Assembly: GCF_000143415.4 (NCBI RefSeq)
Contig: NW_003314291.1
Span: forward strand, 108,674-172,673
Direction of reading: 5' to 3'
Length of the DNA stretch: 64,000 nucleotides
Origin: Selaginella moellendorffii
Taxonomy: Eukaryota > Plantae > Lycopodiophyta
Shown: positions 39,581-51,420 of the stretch, piece after piece
How positions within the stretch are numbered: the first letter of the stretch is position 1
Layout of the letters: each line of letters opens with the position of its first letter
Translations under genes and position numbers: made by a program
The notes under the pieces: model-generated
Told to the model about the DNA's origin: nothing
Seen by the model: only the letters and a program-made list of their open reading frames with translations
Database searches by the model: none

Positions 39581-40804
39581 CTATACGGTAGAATCCAGCC
39601 GAGGGTCAAACCAGAGCCCCTTGAGCGGGATCACGACGCCGAGGTTCCGCTTGGGCTTCCCGAAAATCCAGTTCGACATCATTCTCTGGCGGGGGAACTC
39701 TGGAAGCCGGTGCCAGGAGTCTTGAATGGCGTCGTACACGCTCACTACAGAGCCGTGGTTAGTGAAATAAACCAGCTTCTGACTACCTGCACAGTAGACC
39801 GCCCTGGACGTGAAGGATCCCACGAACAGAGTCGTATGCTCCAGAGTCCCGGCCACATTCTTCCACTCTCGAGCTCCCAGATCCAACTCGTGAATCCCGA
39901 CGCTCGCTTTAATAGCCGGCTTTAAAGCCTTGTCCACGAGACTTGGAGCAGCGGCAGCAGCCAAGGTGGTGGAGTTGTCTGCGAAGCTTGAAATGATCTT
40001 CTCCACCAGGAGCAGCTTTCCTCCATGATCAACCAGGTAAGGCATTTGCACGAGATCCTGGCCTCGGAACGCGCTCGGCATGGGAATACCAAGGTCGCTC
40101 CACTCATCCTGTTCGAAGTGGTAGCACTTGATATACTGCCAGTCGCGAGTCACGCACTTGTTGAGGCAGTAGAGAACACCCCCGCTGAAGGCCGCATCGA
40201 CGATGTTTAGTAGCTGCGGGTGAGAAGCCATAGCTGCTGCTTCTCGCCAGGAATCGTCGCCTTTGCGGTACAAGAGAGCTCCACACTTCACGTCGTCCTG
40301 GACGAAGGCTATCACCAGGTACGTATCCTCGGCCTTGTCGACACGCATAGCCACCTGTTTGATGCTGCCTGGGAAGCGAGGAAGAGCTCTCCACACCTTG
40401 GTGATCGGGTTGCAAACGTAGAGAGAGTTGGCCTGGACGCTGTCCTGGCAGAAGCACAGCAAGCCTCCAGCGGCAGCAGCGCAGCGCCCAGGTGGAAGGA
40501 AAGTAAAGTCGAGAGTGTACCATCTGCTGGAGCTAGGATCGAAAGCCCACCCCTGCTCGTGCCTGAAGCCGTGGAATCCCAAGTACCACGGTGCGCGGAA
40601 CGGAAGATCCGAGCACAGCTTGAGGAAAGGAGGTGATCGAATTGTAGCTTCCCACTTCTTGCAGACGGTACGAACCTGGAGTAAATTCGGAAGTGGTAGC
40701 CTCGCGAGAATTATGCGAGTCATGTCTTCAGGGAGCTGCGACCACACACTGTCGTCCAGAAGTGATCCTGAGCTCCTGCTCTTCATATCGGCTTGAGAAT
40801 CCAT
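39581..40804 (-). CDS. F-box protein with C-terminal kelch/FBA-like domain (407 aa, intronless CDS)
   Basis: WSQLPEDMTRIILARLPLPNLLQVRTVCKKW F-box; AFDPSSSRW, AAGGLLCF, LYVCNPITKVWRALP; ends FDPRLDSTV. Confidence 0.9.
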   Translation of the reverse strand: MDSQADMKSRSSGSLLDDSVWSQLPEDMTRIILARLPLPNLLQVRTVCKKWEATIRSPPFLKLCSDLPFRAPWYLGFHGFRHEQGWAFDPSSSRWYTLDFTFLPPGRCAAAAGGLLCFCQDSVQANSLYVCNPITKVWRALPRFPGSIKQVAMRVDKAEDTYLVIAFVQDDVKCGALLYRKGDDSWREAAAMASHPQLLNIVDAAFSGGVLYCLNKCVTRDWQYIKCYHFEQDEWSDLGIPMPSAFRGQDLVQMPYLVDHGGKLLLVEKIISSFADNSTTLAAAAAPSLVDKALKPAIKASVGIHELDLGAREWKNVAGTLEHTTLFVGSFTSRAVYCAGSQKLVYFTNHGSVVSVYDAIQDSWHRLPEFPRQRMMSNWIFGKPKRNLGVVIPLKGLWFDPRLDSTV

Positions 40805-41315
40805 ATGATTCTGTCCTGCTACTGCGAGAAACCAAGTTCCAAGTGAGAGCCACTAGCTGACTAGAAAAAAATGATTACTACCTTGCAATGATGCCAACTG
40901 CGATCCAGAAAAGAGTGCTTGTCAAATTCCTCGTAATTCTTGGGACCGCTGACAAAGAAAAGGCTGGATGATTAGCGGCAGGACCACGAGAGGAGCTCAG
41001 ATGATGAGACGGCATCCTAATGGAGGACCACCATCCAGAGCTGGGAATTAACCCAGAACATAACAACTTCGAGCGGAAACCATCGATTAAAACGAAAATT
41101 TCAAGCAAACGCAGCTCAGCTCCCACCTTTTGAACAAATGTGTTTGCTTACAAGTTGTTCTTCCTTGCTTCTGTGTTTCACTGCATTGCATTTCCATTGC
41201 AGAGGAGGACACGTGGGCAGAGATGTCTACGAAAAGCGATAAATCTATGAACCCAACCAAAAGAAAAAAAGAAAAATTGTACGAGGCTTAGGCCTACCTT
41301 GGGAGACAAAGTGTT

Positions 41316-43385
41316 TCACAGCGGCTGGCTTTCAATGTCGGATAGCTTCATCTTCTTTACTGGACGATTTTGACAACTCGTACACGTGTACGCTGCAGTG
41401 ATTCTCGTAAGGAGACATACGACAAGCTTAGCCATCATTCATACCTGACGATGATTCTTCCCATGAAACATATGCGGCATGGAATTGGTTATTGCAGCTC
41501 ACGCACTCCAGCTGAAGATAAGAAAAAAAACATAGAAAACTGTGAAGCATTTATACAGCATGCGATCAAAGGCGTTACCATAGAAGAATCAGGCGGCCGG
41601 CCGCAAGTGCATGACGTTAATCCACCTTCTTCTTTCTCTGCACATTGCTGAAGATGTTCTTCACGGGTGCCACCATCTGCAGGATCATGGGTTTGGAAAG
41701 GCATTGATAAAAATGAAGTCTTACCATTGGTGAGAGTAGCGTCTTCTTTATCTGAGCTACAACCAACGACGATTGGCTCTTTGATTTCTGCACAGAAACG
41801 TCAATGTTGAGAGCAACATACTAAATAGATCGATACGTGCCTTCAACACGCGCTGGTGATTTGTCTTGAAGTTGTGCCTCGTGATTCTCTTCAAGATCCA
41901 GATCTCCCTGTCTAAGTTCTTGTGAGCTTGGCAAGTGCCCTTCACACTAAACAATCGTTAAAACTCAATCTTCAAAGTAGCACTCTCATACCATTTTACT
42001 TTTCTCTCTGAGCAAGTGTTGGTAATCGAGAACTTTCTCACGTAATATTTTTGAAGACGAATCTTGCTCAGCCGCAGCTTCTTGAAATCTTTTCACAACA
42101 GCCTTCAGGCTTTCTATCTCGCCAATTAAACCCTGCCAAACAAAATAGAAAAGCAAGCTCAAACTCCTCAAGGAAAGGACTAATAAAACAAACCTGTTTA
42201 TCCATTGTAAGGACCGAGATAGTGCGGTCTTTCGCTTCCGACGATTTCTGGATGTTCGTTCGTCAAGGATATTTGATCTGGATAACCAGTACATGCGGAT
42301 ATTATGGTTAGCTTCGCTTGGATGCTCGAGTCGTTTCTTGTATCGAGCATATGTCTTAACGCGATGATTTCCTTTTCCTTTTTAGAGCATGAAACGTTTT
42401 TGTTTCGTAGCTCGCACTCCAGTAATCGTGCTTTATCTGAGATGTCAAAGTCACAACCGAGAACGCACAAAAAAAAGCTTAAACTTACCAAGGAGCTTTT
42501 GCTCGATATCGACCAGCCATGCCACCTGTTGCTGAAGCTCGGCAACTGCAAGACATTCTCGTAAACAAGATGGAAACGAACTATTACTGCAAAATTACCC
42601 ATATCTGCTCTGGAAGCCACGATTTGACGGGTTTCATCTAAGGTTCTCTTCACAGACGAGGCTTCTTGTTCTACAGCCTCAAACAGCATCGTGTTCCTGC
42701 TTAGCTTTTCCATGGCTACCGATAAATGGCTGGAAGTACTCTTTAGCTTCTGTTCCAGCTCGTAATTGGCTATCTGCGAAAAAAACGTAACGTGAAACTT
42801 TGAAAAGATTAGAGATTTTCAACCTTAAGTTCCTCCACCACTGTGTTTCTGGAATCTAGTACAGCCTTCAATTGCATCTTCGAGCTTGCCACATTTTTCT
42901 CCATGGCAGACATTTCAAGCTCCATAATCTTAATCTGCCAAAAAAAAAAAAAACAGCAAGCCATCACCAGCTAGCAAAAAAAAAAAAAAACAAAACCACT
43001 CACGGCGTTTTCCAGCTTCTGCCGAGCTTCGGTAGCTTCCATGATTTGGGCCTGCAGCGATGCCTTTTCTTTGTCTTGATCGGCCTCCTTTGATCTCAGC
43101 TTCTGGCAAACAAACAAGAAAGAAAGATTTAGAAAGAAAGAAATCCTATCCAAGAACTTGCCTGAACCGAAAGCTCCGCCTCCATTCGAGCTGAGCATTC
43201 CTTGGACTGCGAAAGGATCGACAAACTGAGAAGAGGAGCAGACGCGCTAGCCTTACTTTGAGCGCCCGGACCTCCGTGAGCAAATTCTGGAACCTATACT
43301 TGAACTTGGAGAAGGTGATACCAGCGGCGCCATCGCCATCGCTCTCCAGCGCGCCCTTCCGCTGCGGACTACACAGAGCCGCCAT
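41316..43385 (-). CDS. Multi-exon coiled-coil protein resembling SCEP1 (At1g33500 family), with a C-terminal degenerate PHD finger
   Basis: About 11-12 short exons with GT-AG introns. FSKFKYRFQNLLTEVRALK...EARQKLE...VLDSR...EKLSRNTMLFEAVEQEASSVKRTLD is heptad-rich. Last exons give CTC...CVSC...FHAAYV...CTSC. Telo-box AAACCCTA at 43391. The family call is from recalled motif pattern. Confidence 0.7.
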
Positions 43386-43499
43386 GCCCAAAACCCTACA
43401 CTCTCGAGTGGCGGGAATGATTTGGCTTGCTTGCAACTCTAACGGTTATTTGTCATTAAATTGAATAACACAACAATGTTTCAATGAGAAATCAAACAG

Positions 43500-45840
43500 A
43501 TAATCATCCGGATGAGCCAAAGCCATGACCATGGTTCCCCAGGGTGTTTGATTCTCTATAATAGTTAGAAATGTAGTATATTTAAAATGTAGACACTATT
43601 TTGCCTACATTGCTAAATTTTTTGCAATGCCGTTGATGTGGTGGCATCACCTTTTGAGCAAACAGAGATACCTGAAAGGATTTCTACACACTCTGTGTGA
43701 ATGATGGTTTGGATGTGGCAGCATGGAAAAGGCTACCAATTTTAGTGATGCTGGTGCTGGCATCATCATCAATAGGGTACCAGCAACTGCTCAACTAGAG
43801 AGCACTTGAAGCAGCCTTAGTCATTGATTCTAGTAAATCCCCTCTGAACACTATTCTTGTTGCCAAGGAGCAAGTGCCTTAGCAGTGGCAATAATAGTTT
43901 AGAAGAAGCATAAAATGGCCAATTATGAAGTAGACTCTACTCTAGCATCAGCTCCACTAACTCCCTTGGGCTCCATATCTACATTTAGTGCTTCGCTCAT
44001 GAGAAAGGGGAATGGAATATCTAGGAAATCTTGCCACCATAGAGGATTGTTATCACATACACAACCCCATGACCAAATTGTTGTTCCAATCTCTAATTGC
44101 TTTTGAGAAAGAGAATTAAAGAAAACACAAAGAAAGGAAAAAGAGAGTAAAAGTTGCAAAACTTTAGGATAAGGGAAAACCACAAAAGGTGAACAATTGA
44201 TCAAAAAAGAGACTAATAGAAAAACAAAGAAACCAAAAGGGATAAGTCATTTATAATAGTCATAATAGTCATAATAGTCATAATAGTCATTTTTAATAAA
44301 CATTTGGGAAGTTTCTCAAATATGGCCTAGCTCACCCCAAAAGTTTCAATGAAAATGGGCTTGATCTTAGCAGTCATAATGATAATAATGATAGATGATG
44401 TGAGGAATGGTTAATCAGCTTGAATGGACTAATAGTGGAGGAGATTTTTAACATATAATGGTTGTTAAAGTCATAAAAGGATTGTGTGTTAATTGTTAGA
44501 GAAGTAATCATAGTTAAGGATCATTGCATCTTGTTGTGTCTATGTGGGTTCAAGAAACAACATTTGCCTATTTATTATGCTTAACTTGCTACTATAGTCA
44601 AGTCCATCCTACTATAGATGTTAGATTCTAGTGTCTAAATTGCTTTATCAATGAATTTTGCTTTACATCTTGAGTTTGGTGTGTTGTATATAGCAAATGT
44701 AATAAAGATGGTGTGTAAAGATATCCCCAAATGAATGTGTGCATGATGAGAAAAGTGAATAAATATGAACCAAGTGTAGAACATCGTATTGTAAGCTTTT
44801 AAATTTGGACTTTCCAAAGGCTATTTAGCCCAGTATTATTCAAACCTAACAATCTCAAAAATTTTAACCGATTAAAAAAAGGAGTGCATTTTTGTTCTTT
44901 CCCTTTATATTTGAACCTTTATGAATTGTTTTTCAAGTCATTTTTTTTTTGTTTACACCTATCTTAATCTCATTCCATGATCACATATGTTACATTCACC
45001 CCTTTTTAAAGATGTTAATGTCCTTATTGGCTATTAAGTAATAATCTATATTAAGCAACTATTCCATATGAAGCAACTAATTATACATTCATACTATAGT
45101 TTCATTATGGATTCCTTCATCTGTGAATGCCTAATATGTATAATTTCAATTTTAGGGGTAAGAATATATCTTGCTTAAGGGTATATTATATTTTAAGTAG
45201 CCACTAATCAATGAAAGTTGAACTAATACCACATATAGCACACCCTCTCTCTCCCCTTAAATTAATTGGAAAAAGAGTAATTATTTGATAAAAGAGCCTT
45301 TAATAACTATTTTATCCTCATATATCCCTTAAAGTTCTAAGGATCTATAGTGACAATATATCTAAATCTCATCGTATAATCACATTCACTACACCAAGTA
45401 ATTATAACAAATTATAACTTATAGTGTAATTATGGTGTAGTGAATGGAAAAAGTAGTGGATAGTGATTGTCAATGTATAATAGTCATGGTGATGGTGTGT
45501 GGATGACTATGATATAGAGAAAAACATAAAAACCATGAAATAAAAAGTTGGAAAATGAATGAACTCTTAGATAAATGAAGTTGAGGCCACCTTGATTCTA
45601 AAATCCAAGTTTGAACTTGCTACCATAAGAAGATAAATCTTAGAAAAGAAAATAGAAAAAACTAAACACAAAGAAAACACCATGAGAGAAATTAGTGGTG
45701 ATGCTAGGAGTTGTTTGGTATAATTGTGTTATAGCCTATTCCAAATGGATAGAGAGTGTTTTAAAGGAGGCTAGAGATACTAATAAAGATGGCTCTAAAG
45801 TTGGATATTATATCAATCTGTTGAGGTGGATTGCAAATAA
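43500..45840. mobile_element. AT-rich decayed retroelement debris
   Basis: No ORFs. Minus-strand PPT+LTR-start-like AAAAAGGGGTGAA-TGTAAC near 44989-45008; (ATAATAGTC)x4 at 44253-44290. Confidence 0.45.
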
Positions 45841-45848
45841 AAATCATA

Positions 45849-47160
45849 TGTAAGTGACTAAATTTTTCATTTTACTTTAGTCACCTAACCACACCTTTAA
45901 CCACTTGAAAAGGTTTCATTCACAACCTTCATAAGTCATATTCCCGACTTAGGGATATGCTACCTCATGAATGGTATTTATACTTGATCCTATAATAAAC
46001 ACCCTAAAGGTACCATCGATATATTAATTTGTTATGCTAAGGCTATGTTTATTTACCCTTATCTCATTAGTAGTCCTAGATCACACATGCCATAGTCTCA
46101 TCTCTCAAAGACTAGGCCATCTATCCATGAGTGGTCATCCCAAAATTACATCTTAACATCCTTAGGATGCTTGGAGAATAGCCTTCCCTATAATCCCTTT
46201 TTCAGTCCTTGCCAAATCCCTCTCCATCCACAGCTATATTCACTAATATTGCCATTGAATCAGAGTTGAAGGCCTGACCACTAAGTCCCACTAACTTTTG
46301 AGACTTCTTTGGTAAGAGGACTACTCATCTTCTTTTCTATAGTTTGGGACTTTGGGATGACATTTCAAAACACCATGGTTTTATACAAGCTTCTTGGGTA
46401 CTCTTCTCACATTTTGCCCTTAGAGCAATATGGTTAAAGTAAGGTTCTGTTGAGCCACACTAAGTATCCAAATAAATAGTGCCACCCACACTTAAATTGG
46501 GAGCATCAATCGTTTGATCTCTTGGAAGAACTAGAGTCAGCCCTTGAACACTTCACTAAGCCATCCTATTTATCTGTCTGTATTCACTATAACTTTGGAC
46601 TTCTCAATAGTTATATCATCACCCACTATATGGGTGTAACTTTCCTAAGTCACATTAACCTTTTCTAGCCAAATTAATTCCACTAGAGTCCAACCCCCAC
46701 ACTTTCCCTATTATACTTTTGAAACCCCCTACAACCCCCTCTAAAGGACGATTGTTTTGGGCTTTCACCCCATAACCTTTATTAATATTTAGACTTCATC
46801 TTGGACTCGGTCTCAAACTTGGGCTTAAACTTGGATTTGGACTTGGACTTGGACTCAGACTCAGATTCAGTCTCTGTTTTGGTCTCCATCTCAAACTCCT
46901 TCTTGAGTCAGTCTTGACACTTCCACGTGTCATAACACTTGCCATATGTCAGTCCCTTTCATATCCTTTTTTAGAGACTTGTTCACCAATCATTTTATAC
47001 TTATTCCTTGAGCACTTCTTTAGAAGTTCCACTCTCGTTCTCGACTTTTCAAGTTGAAACATTTGGTCTAAACATGTTATGTTTGTTGGACTTCCACTTT
47101 GACCATTGCCATATAGCACATTTTACCTCCATTTTGGGCCTTAGGGATTTGTGCCTCACA
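45849..47160 (-). mobile_element. Degenerate LTR, left arm of a head-to-head pair
   Basis: Minus strand begins TGTGAGGCACAAAT and ends ...CTTACA; inverted homologue of 47162-48590. Confidence 0.65.
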
Positions 47161-47161
47161 C

Positions 47162-48590
47162 TATAAGACACAAATCTGTAAAGCCTAAAGTGGAGTTAAA
47201 GGTGAGCCACATGCAGTGGCTGAAGTGGAAGTTTAATGAGTGTAACACGTTTTGACCAAAAGTTCCAACTCAAAAAGTAGAGAGCAAAATTAAAACTCTT
47301 AAAAAAGTGTTTAAGGAATAAGCATGAATTGATTGATTTATGAGTCTTTAAAAAGGGATAAAAGAAAGACCAAACGTGGCAAATGTTATGACACATGAAA
47401 GAGTTAGAAATGGAATTTGAGACCAAGTTTGAAACCAAAACCAAGATAGAGTCTGAGTTTGAGTCCAAGTCCAAAGGGTGAAAGCCTAAAGCCATTGTCT
47501 CTCAAACCCTGGGGGGTTTGATAAATCTTTGTGGGATAGTAAGAGAAGGATTTCAGAGGAACCAATGTGACTAATGAAGGTTATACTCATATGGTGAGTA
47601 ATGATATAAACATTAAGGAGTTTAAGGGTAAAATGAATATAAATGGACAAATGTAATGACTTAGTGAAATGTTCAAAAGTCAACTTTAACTTTTCTAAGA
47701 AATCGAATAGTTAATGCTCCCAATCTAAGTATGGGTGGCACTACTTATTTAGATACCTTGCATAGTTCATCAGAACCTTGCTCTAACCACATGGCAAAAG
47801 GTGGGGAGAGTACCTAAGAGGCTCGCATTGGGTTGTAGTATTTCAAAATATTATCTTAAAGTCTTTAATAGTGGAAAGGAAGAGGAATGGCCCTTTTGTT
47901 TAGCAATTAAAGGTATGATCATGTAATGTTAATGGAACTTAGTGGATGGGCTTTCAAGCCCTAACCCAATTACAATGTTAAGGATAGAGACAAATTTGGT
48001 GGAAATTGAAGAAAGGATATTAAGAGATGATGTTTCTCATGTCTTAAGGCATCCTAAAAATGGTAAGAAGTGGTCATAAAATGACCATTTATGGACAAAT
48101 AGTCTAGTCTTTCAAAGACATGCTCATAGTATATATGGTATTGAATTATCAGTAAGATAATGAGAATAAGTATGGCCTTAACGTAAGAGGCTAGGACATT
48201 AGTGGTACTTTTGGATGTTTAAGGTGGGATTTGGACACATAGAGCATTTACACCAAGTTATAAGCAACCAAAGGGAATAATTTGAGAGATCATCCATAAA
48301 GGTTTAAATATAGAGAGTGCACCCCCTTTTCCAATTGGTTAAGGGTCTTAGGATATTCGGGGTTAAGTGTTATTGGGTTTGAATAGTATTGGACTGGGTG
48401 ACCTCTTAAGAAGTCAAAATTCAAAATTTTACACAAGTGTGAAGTTGGTATAATTTTGAGTCCATCTCTAAAGACTTAGTAAGTTTCCCAAGTTGGGATA
48501 AGGACTTATAGGAGTTATGAGTGAGACTCCTCTAAATGGTCAAATATATAGTTAAGTGCTAAAATAGAATAGAAAATTTAATCGCTTACA
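47162..48590 (+). mobile_element. Degenerate LTR (~1.4 kb), right arm, followed by a PBS-like sequence
   Basis: Begins TATAAGACACAAAT (G>A-decayed TGTGAGGCACAAAT), ends CTTACA, then TGATATCAGTGT (degenerate tRNA-iMet PBS TGGTATCAGAGC) at 48594-48605. Confidence 0.65.
48362..48415 (+). other. 5S rRNA-derived internal-promoter segment (A box, IE, C box) inside an LTR, Cassandra-like
   Basis: GTTAAGTGTTATTGGGTTTGAATAGTATTGGACTGGGTGACCTCTTAAGAAGTC aligns ungapped 40/54 (manual count) to plant 5S GTTAAGCGTGCTTGGGCGAGAGTAGTACTAGGATGGGTGACCTCCTGGGAAGTC. Confidence 0.7.
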
Positions 48591-48605
48591 GCTTGATATC
48601 AGTGT

Positions 48606-50050
48606 TTTTCTTTAGTTTAACTTTTATTGGCATCCAAGTATATCATCACTTGACATTGATATCTAAAGGTCCCAAGAGTGAGGCTAGATTGAGGAGTACG
48701 ATGGCATAAGAGCATAATATGCACTTTGTTTTATATGTGAATTTATAAGTAGTGTGGTAAAAAAAGGACCTATTATAAGGGAATAATTTTAAGACCTTGA
48801 GAACTTTAGATGGTTTTTCTCAAAAAGTTGAGGATGTGATCTATATGAGGATATATAACTTAACAAAGTTGTCTTTAATATTGTTGTAATAAACAATTAT
48901 AATTAGGATCATGTGAAGAATAAAATCTCCTAAATAATAAAGGAGTCATAAGATTATCCTCATAATGGTGCTTATGAATTTGAAAATGGAGTTAATAACT
49001 GTGAATAGTCAAATATGGATGAGGATATATATATTTAAAATGGAAGTTTATACTACATACTAAATGTTTTAATATGGCTAACAATAAGCATATAGAAGCC
49101 CATTAGTAGCAATATTAATCTTGGTATATAAGATTAAAAGTTAAGCATATTTAGATTGAGGAACCACTCTCTAAATCATTGAGTAAATTTATCCCTCACA
49201 ATACTTGCTAATGTGTGAGTAAGAAGTGTAAAGTTATTTTCTTAGTATAGAGAAGAATAAGCAAAAGAAATATATAAATCTTAAAGCAAATAATAAATGG
49301 ATAAAATTGAACTATAAAAGTTGAGGGACATAACTAATACAAGTTAAGAGTGGGGAATTAAATGTGAGCTTAAAGGTTTGTTACTTGTAAATATGATACT
49401 ATAAAAAGTTTAAAATATGAAAATGTCTATATTAGACTAGATAGTGAGAAGAAAACTTATGAAGGGAGAGGCCTTAACAAGCTGAGGGGTAAAGCCCTTT
49501 CAATGCTCCAAAGACAAATTTGAGTAAGTTGGTATATAAAAAATTGAGTACGAATGGTTCATAAGCACGAGTGTAATTAAAATAAAAGCATGGTTTTAAA
49601 GTTTATCATAAAATAAAGTTATTAAGGTTAGGGAAATGGTTTTTGCATGTTCAAAGGGATGACTTTGAATGGAAGTTAGTATTTAAGGACTTACATATTT
49701 ACGTGGAAACTATATTACTTAACTAGATGACTTATTAAATGGGATTGGCAAGTCAAAAGAATAAAGTTCCTAGCTAAAAAGTTGATTTCAGAAGAGAAGG
49801 CCCATAAAGCCAAGTATGGTTGAGTTTATACATGATTATAAGTTGATCACTTAACTTAGTGAGATAACTTGCAAGTTGGAAAGAACAAAGTTTCTAATTT
49901 ATGACCCAAATGGTACATATGAAAGCAAAGCTAATTAGCATAAGTATAAATTTAGTGCATTGGCATGAAGAGTCATCTTGTATAATGCCACTTGTAGATA
50001 CATATATAAAGGTTGAGTTAGAATCCCAACTCTCTAGTGCTCAGAGGGCA
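48606..50050 (+). mobile_element. Heavily decayed LTR-retrotransposon internal region
   Basis: Follows LTR and PBS. Residual DDFEWKLVFK and (*)LDDLL near 49660-49740 resemble RT motifs DEWKTAF and YLDDIL. Confidence 0.4.
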
Positions 50051-50271
50051 CTAGGGCAGCTTGAAACATCCATATATAGTTTTACCTTACATAGACACAT
50101 GTACATATCCTATATACTTATAATATAATTTAATACTAGTATATATAATTCTATATTGATACTACTAATGATCTAAGTATCCATATTTAAGATCTGGATT
50201 TTTTTATCCTACACCAAATTGCAAAATTATTCCCAAAATTCTTAGTATAATATTTAGTTGTATTATTTATA

Positions 50272-50985
50272 ATGTCTTCCAAATATTTTAAATTTATATA
50301 TTCTTTGTGGTGGTTAGTGATACAGATTAATTCAAGCCCAGATGAGATTACATGGGGCCAAAACAATGTGTTATATGAAAATGAAATTGAATCTATACTT
50401 GATGGTTTTTATTTTCTTGTAAACTCAATACATACTTATAACAATAGATCAGGATTTATAATCAGTAATTTTCATTTGGTACCTATTGAGAGAGGAATTG
50501 TATGTGTTAGAATTGAGCGTTCAGAAGGAGAACTCCCAGAATGTATGAATAATGCATTTCCTGATGAAGAATATAGTGGTCATGTTTTACGTCAAGCATT
50601 TAGAAGAATTATAGACCGTAATACATTAGCAATACAAAGAGCACGTTCTACTTCTTGCAATATTGTAGCTTTAAATTATATGATTGGTTATGTTGTTATT
50701 CATTTAAGGCAACACCATGAATTAGATACAAATTTACTAGAATTGAAAAAATTAAATTCTTTCAAAAATAAAAAATGTCATCATAGAAAATCAGAATTAA
50801 TTGCAGGATTTTATAATAACAAAATATTTACTGATGACTTCTTACAATCACCAAATGGTAAGAATATACTTATAGTTGGATTAGATTGTAGAGTTTATCT
50901 TTATTCTGGAAAATATATTATATGGATATCCCTTATAAATATTATGGCCCATGCAAACTTATTCTTCAAAATGATGGAAATTTAG
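50272..50985 (+). CDS. Orphan AT-rich intronless ORF, 237 aa, unknown function (possibly viral)
   Basis: ATG-to-stop ORF of 237 codons in strongly AT-rich DNA, unlike the GC-rich neighbouring genes. Confidence 0.5.
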   Translation: MSSKYFKFIYSLWWLVIQINSSPDEITWGQNNVLYENEIESILDGFYFLVNSIHTYNNRSGFIISNFHLVPIERGIVCVRIERSEGELPECMNNAFPDEEYSGHVLRQAFRRIIDRNTLAIQRARSTSCNIVALNYMIGYVVIHLRQHHELDTNLLELKKLNSFKNKKCHHRKSELIAGFYNNKIFTDDFLQSPNGKNILIVGLDCRVYLYSGKYIIWISLINIMAHANLFFKMMEI

Positions 50986-51099
50986 TTGTGTATACAAAAT
51001 TAAATAAGGTTATTTGGTCAATAAAAAAATATTGTCCAAAGCAACCAAATTGTTATTTATTTACATTTCTGAGTAAATGATTTTATGATTAAAACTCCA

Positions 51100-51230
51100 T
51101 CTTTATTCTGTACGTTTGACTAAATGAGATTGTGCTGTACAAAGGAATTCATCTGCAAATCTCCTTGAAAGTATCAGAGATGCTACATTTGGTTGCGGAA
51201 TTGATCCAAACAAGATATCCTTAGCTGTAG
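51100..51230 (-). repeat. Degenerate duplicate of the last exon and 3' end of the FYVE-SYLF gene (51365-51510)
   Basis: Shared tctttattctgtac...gtacaaaggaattcatctgcaaa...gatccaaacaagatatccttagctgta. Confidence 0.75.
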
Positions 51231-51420
51231 TGCATCCATTTATTAATCCATTCATTCTAGCAAACTTTTCTTGAAGTTGATATTGTATCCTCTCCTCAGA
51301 TAATTTTTAGTTATATGATTTACAGTAAATCTAAAATGAGGGAATCAGAAACTTCTATTCATAATCTTTATTCTGTACATTTGCCTAAATGATATATGAG
51401 ATTGTGCTGTACAAAGGAAT

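Noticed and set aside
48362-48415. Functional 5S rRNA gene
   Set aside because: Only the 3' half matches, with many substitutions, and there is no 5S array context.
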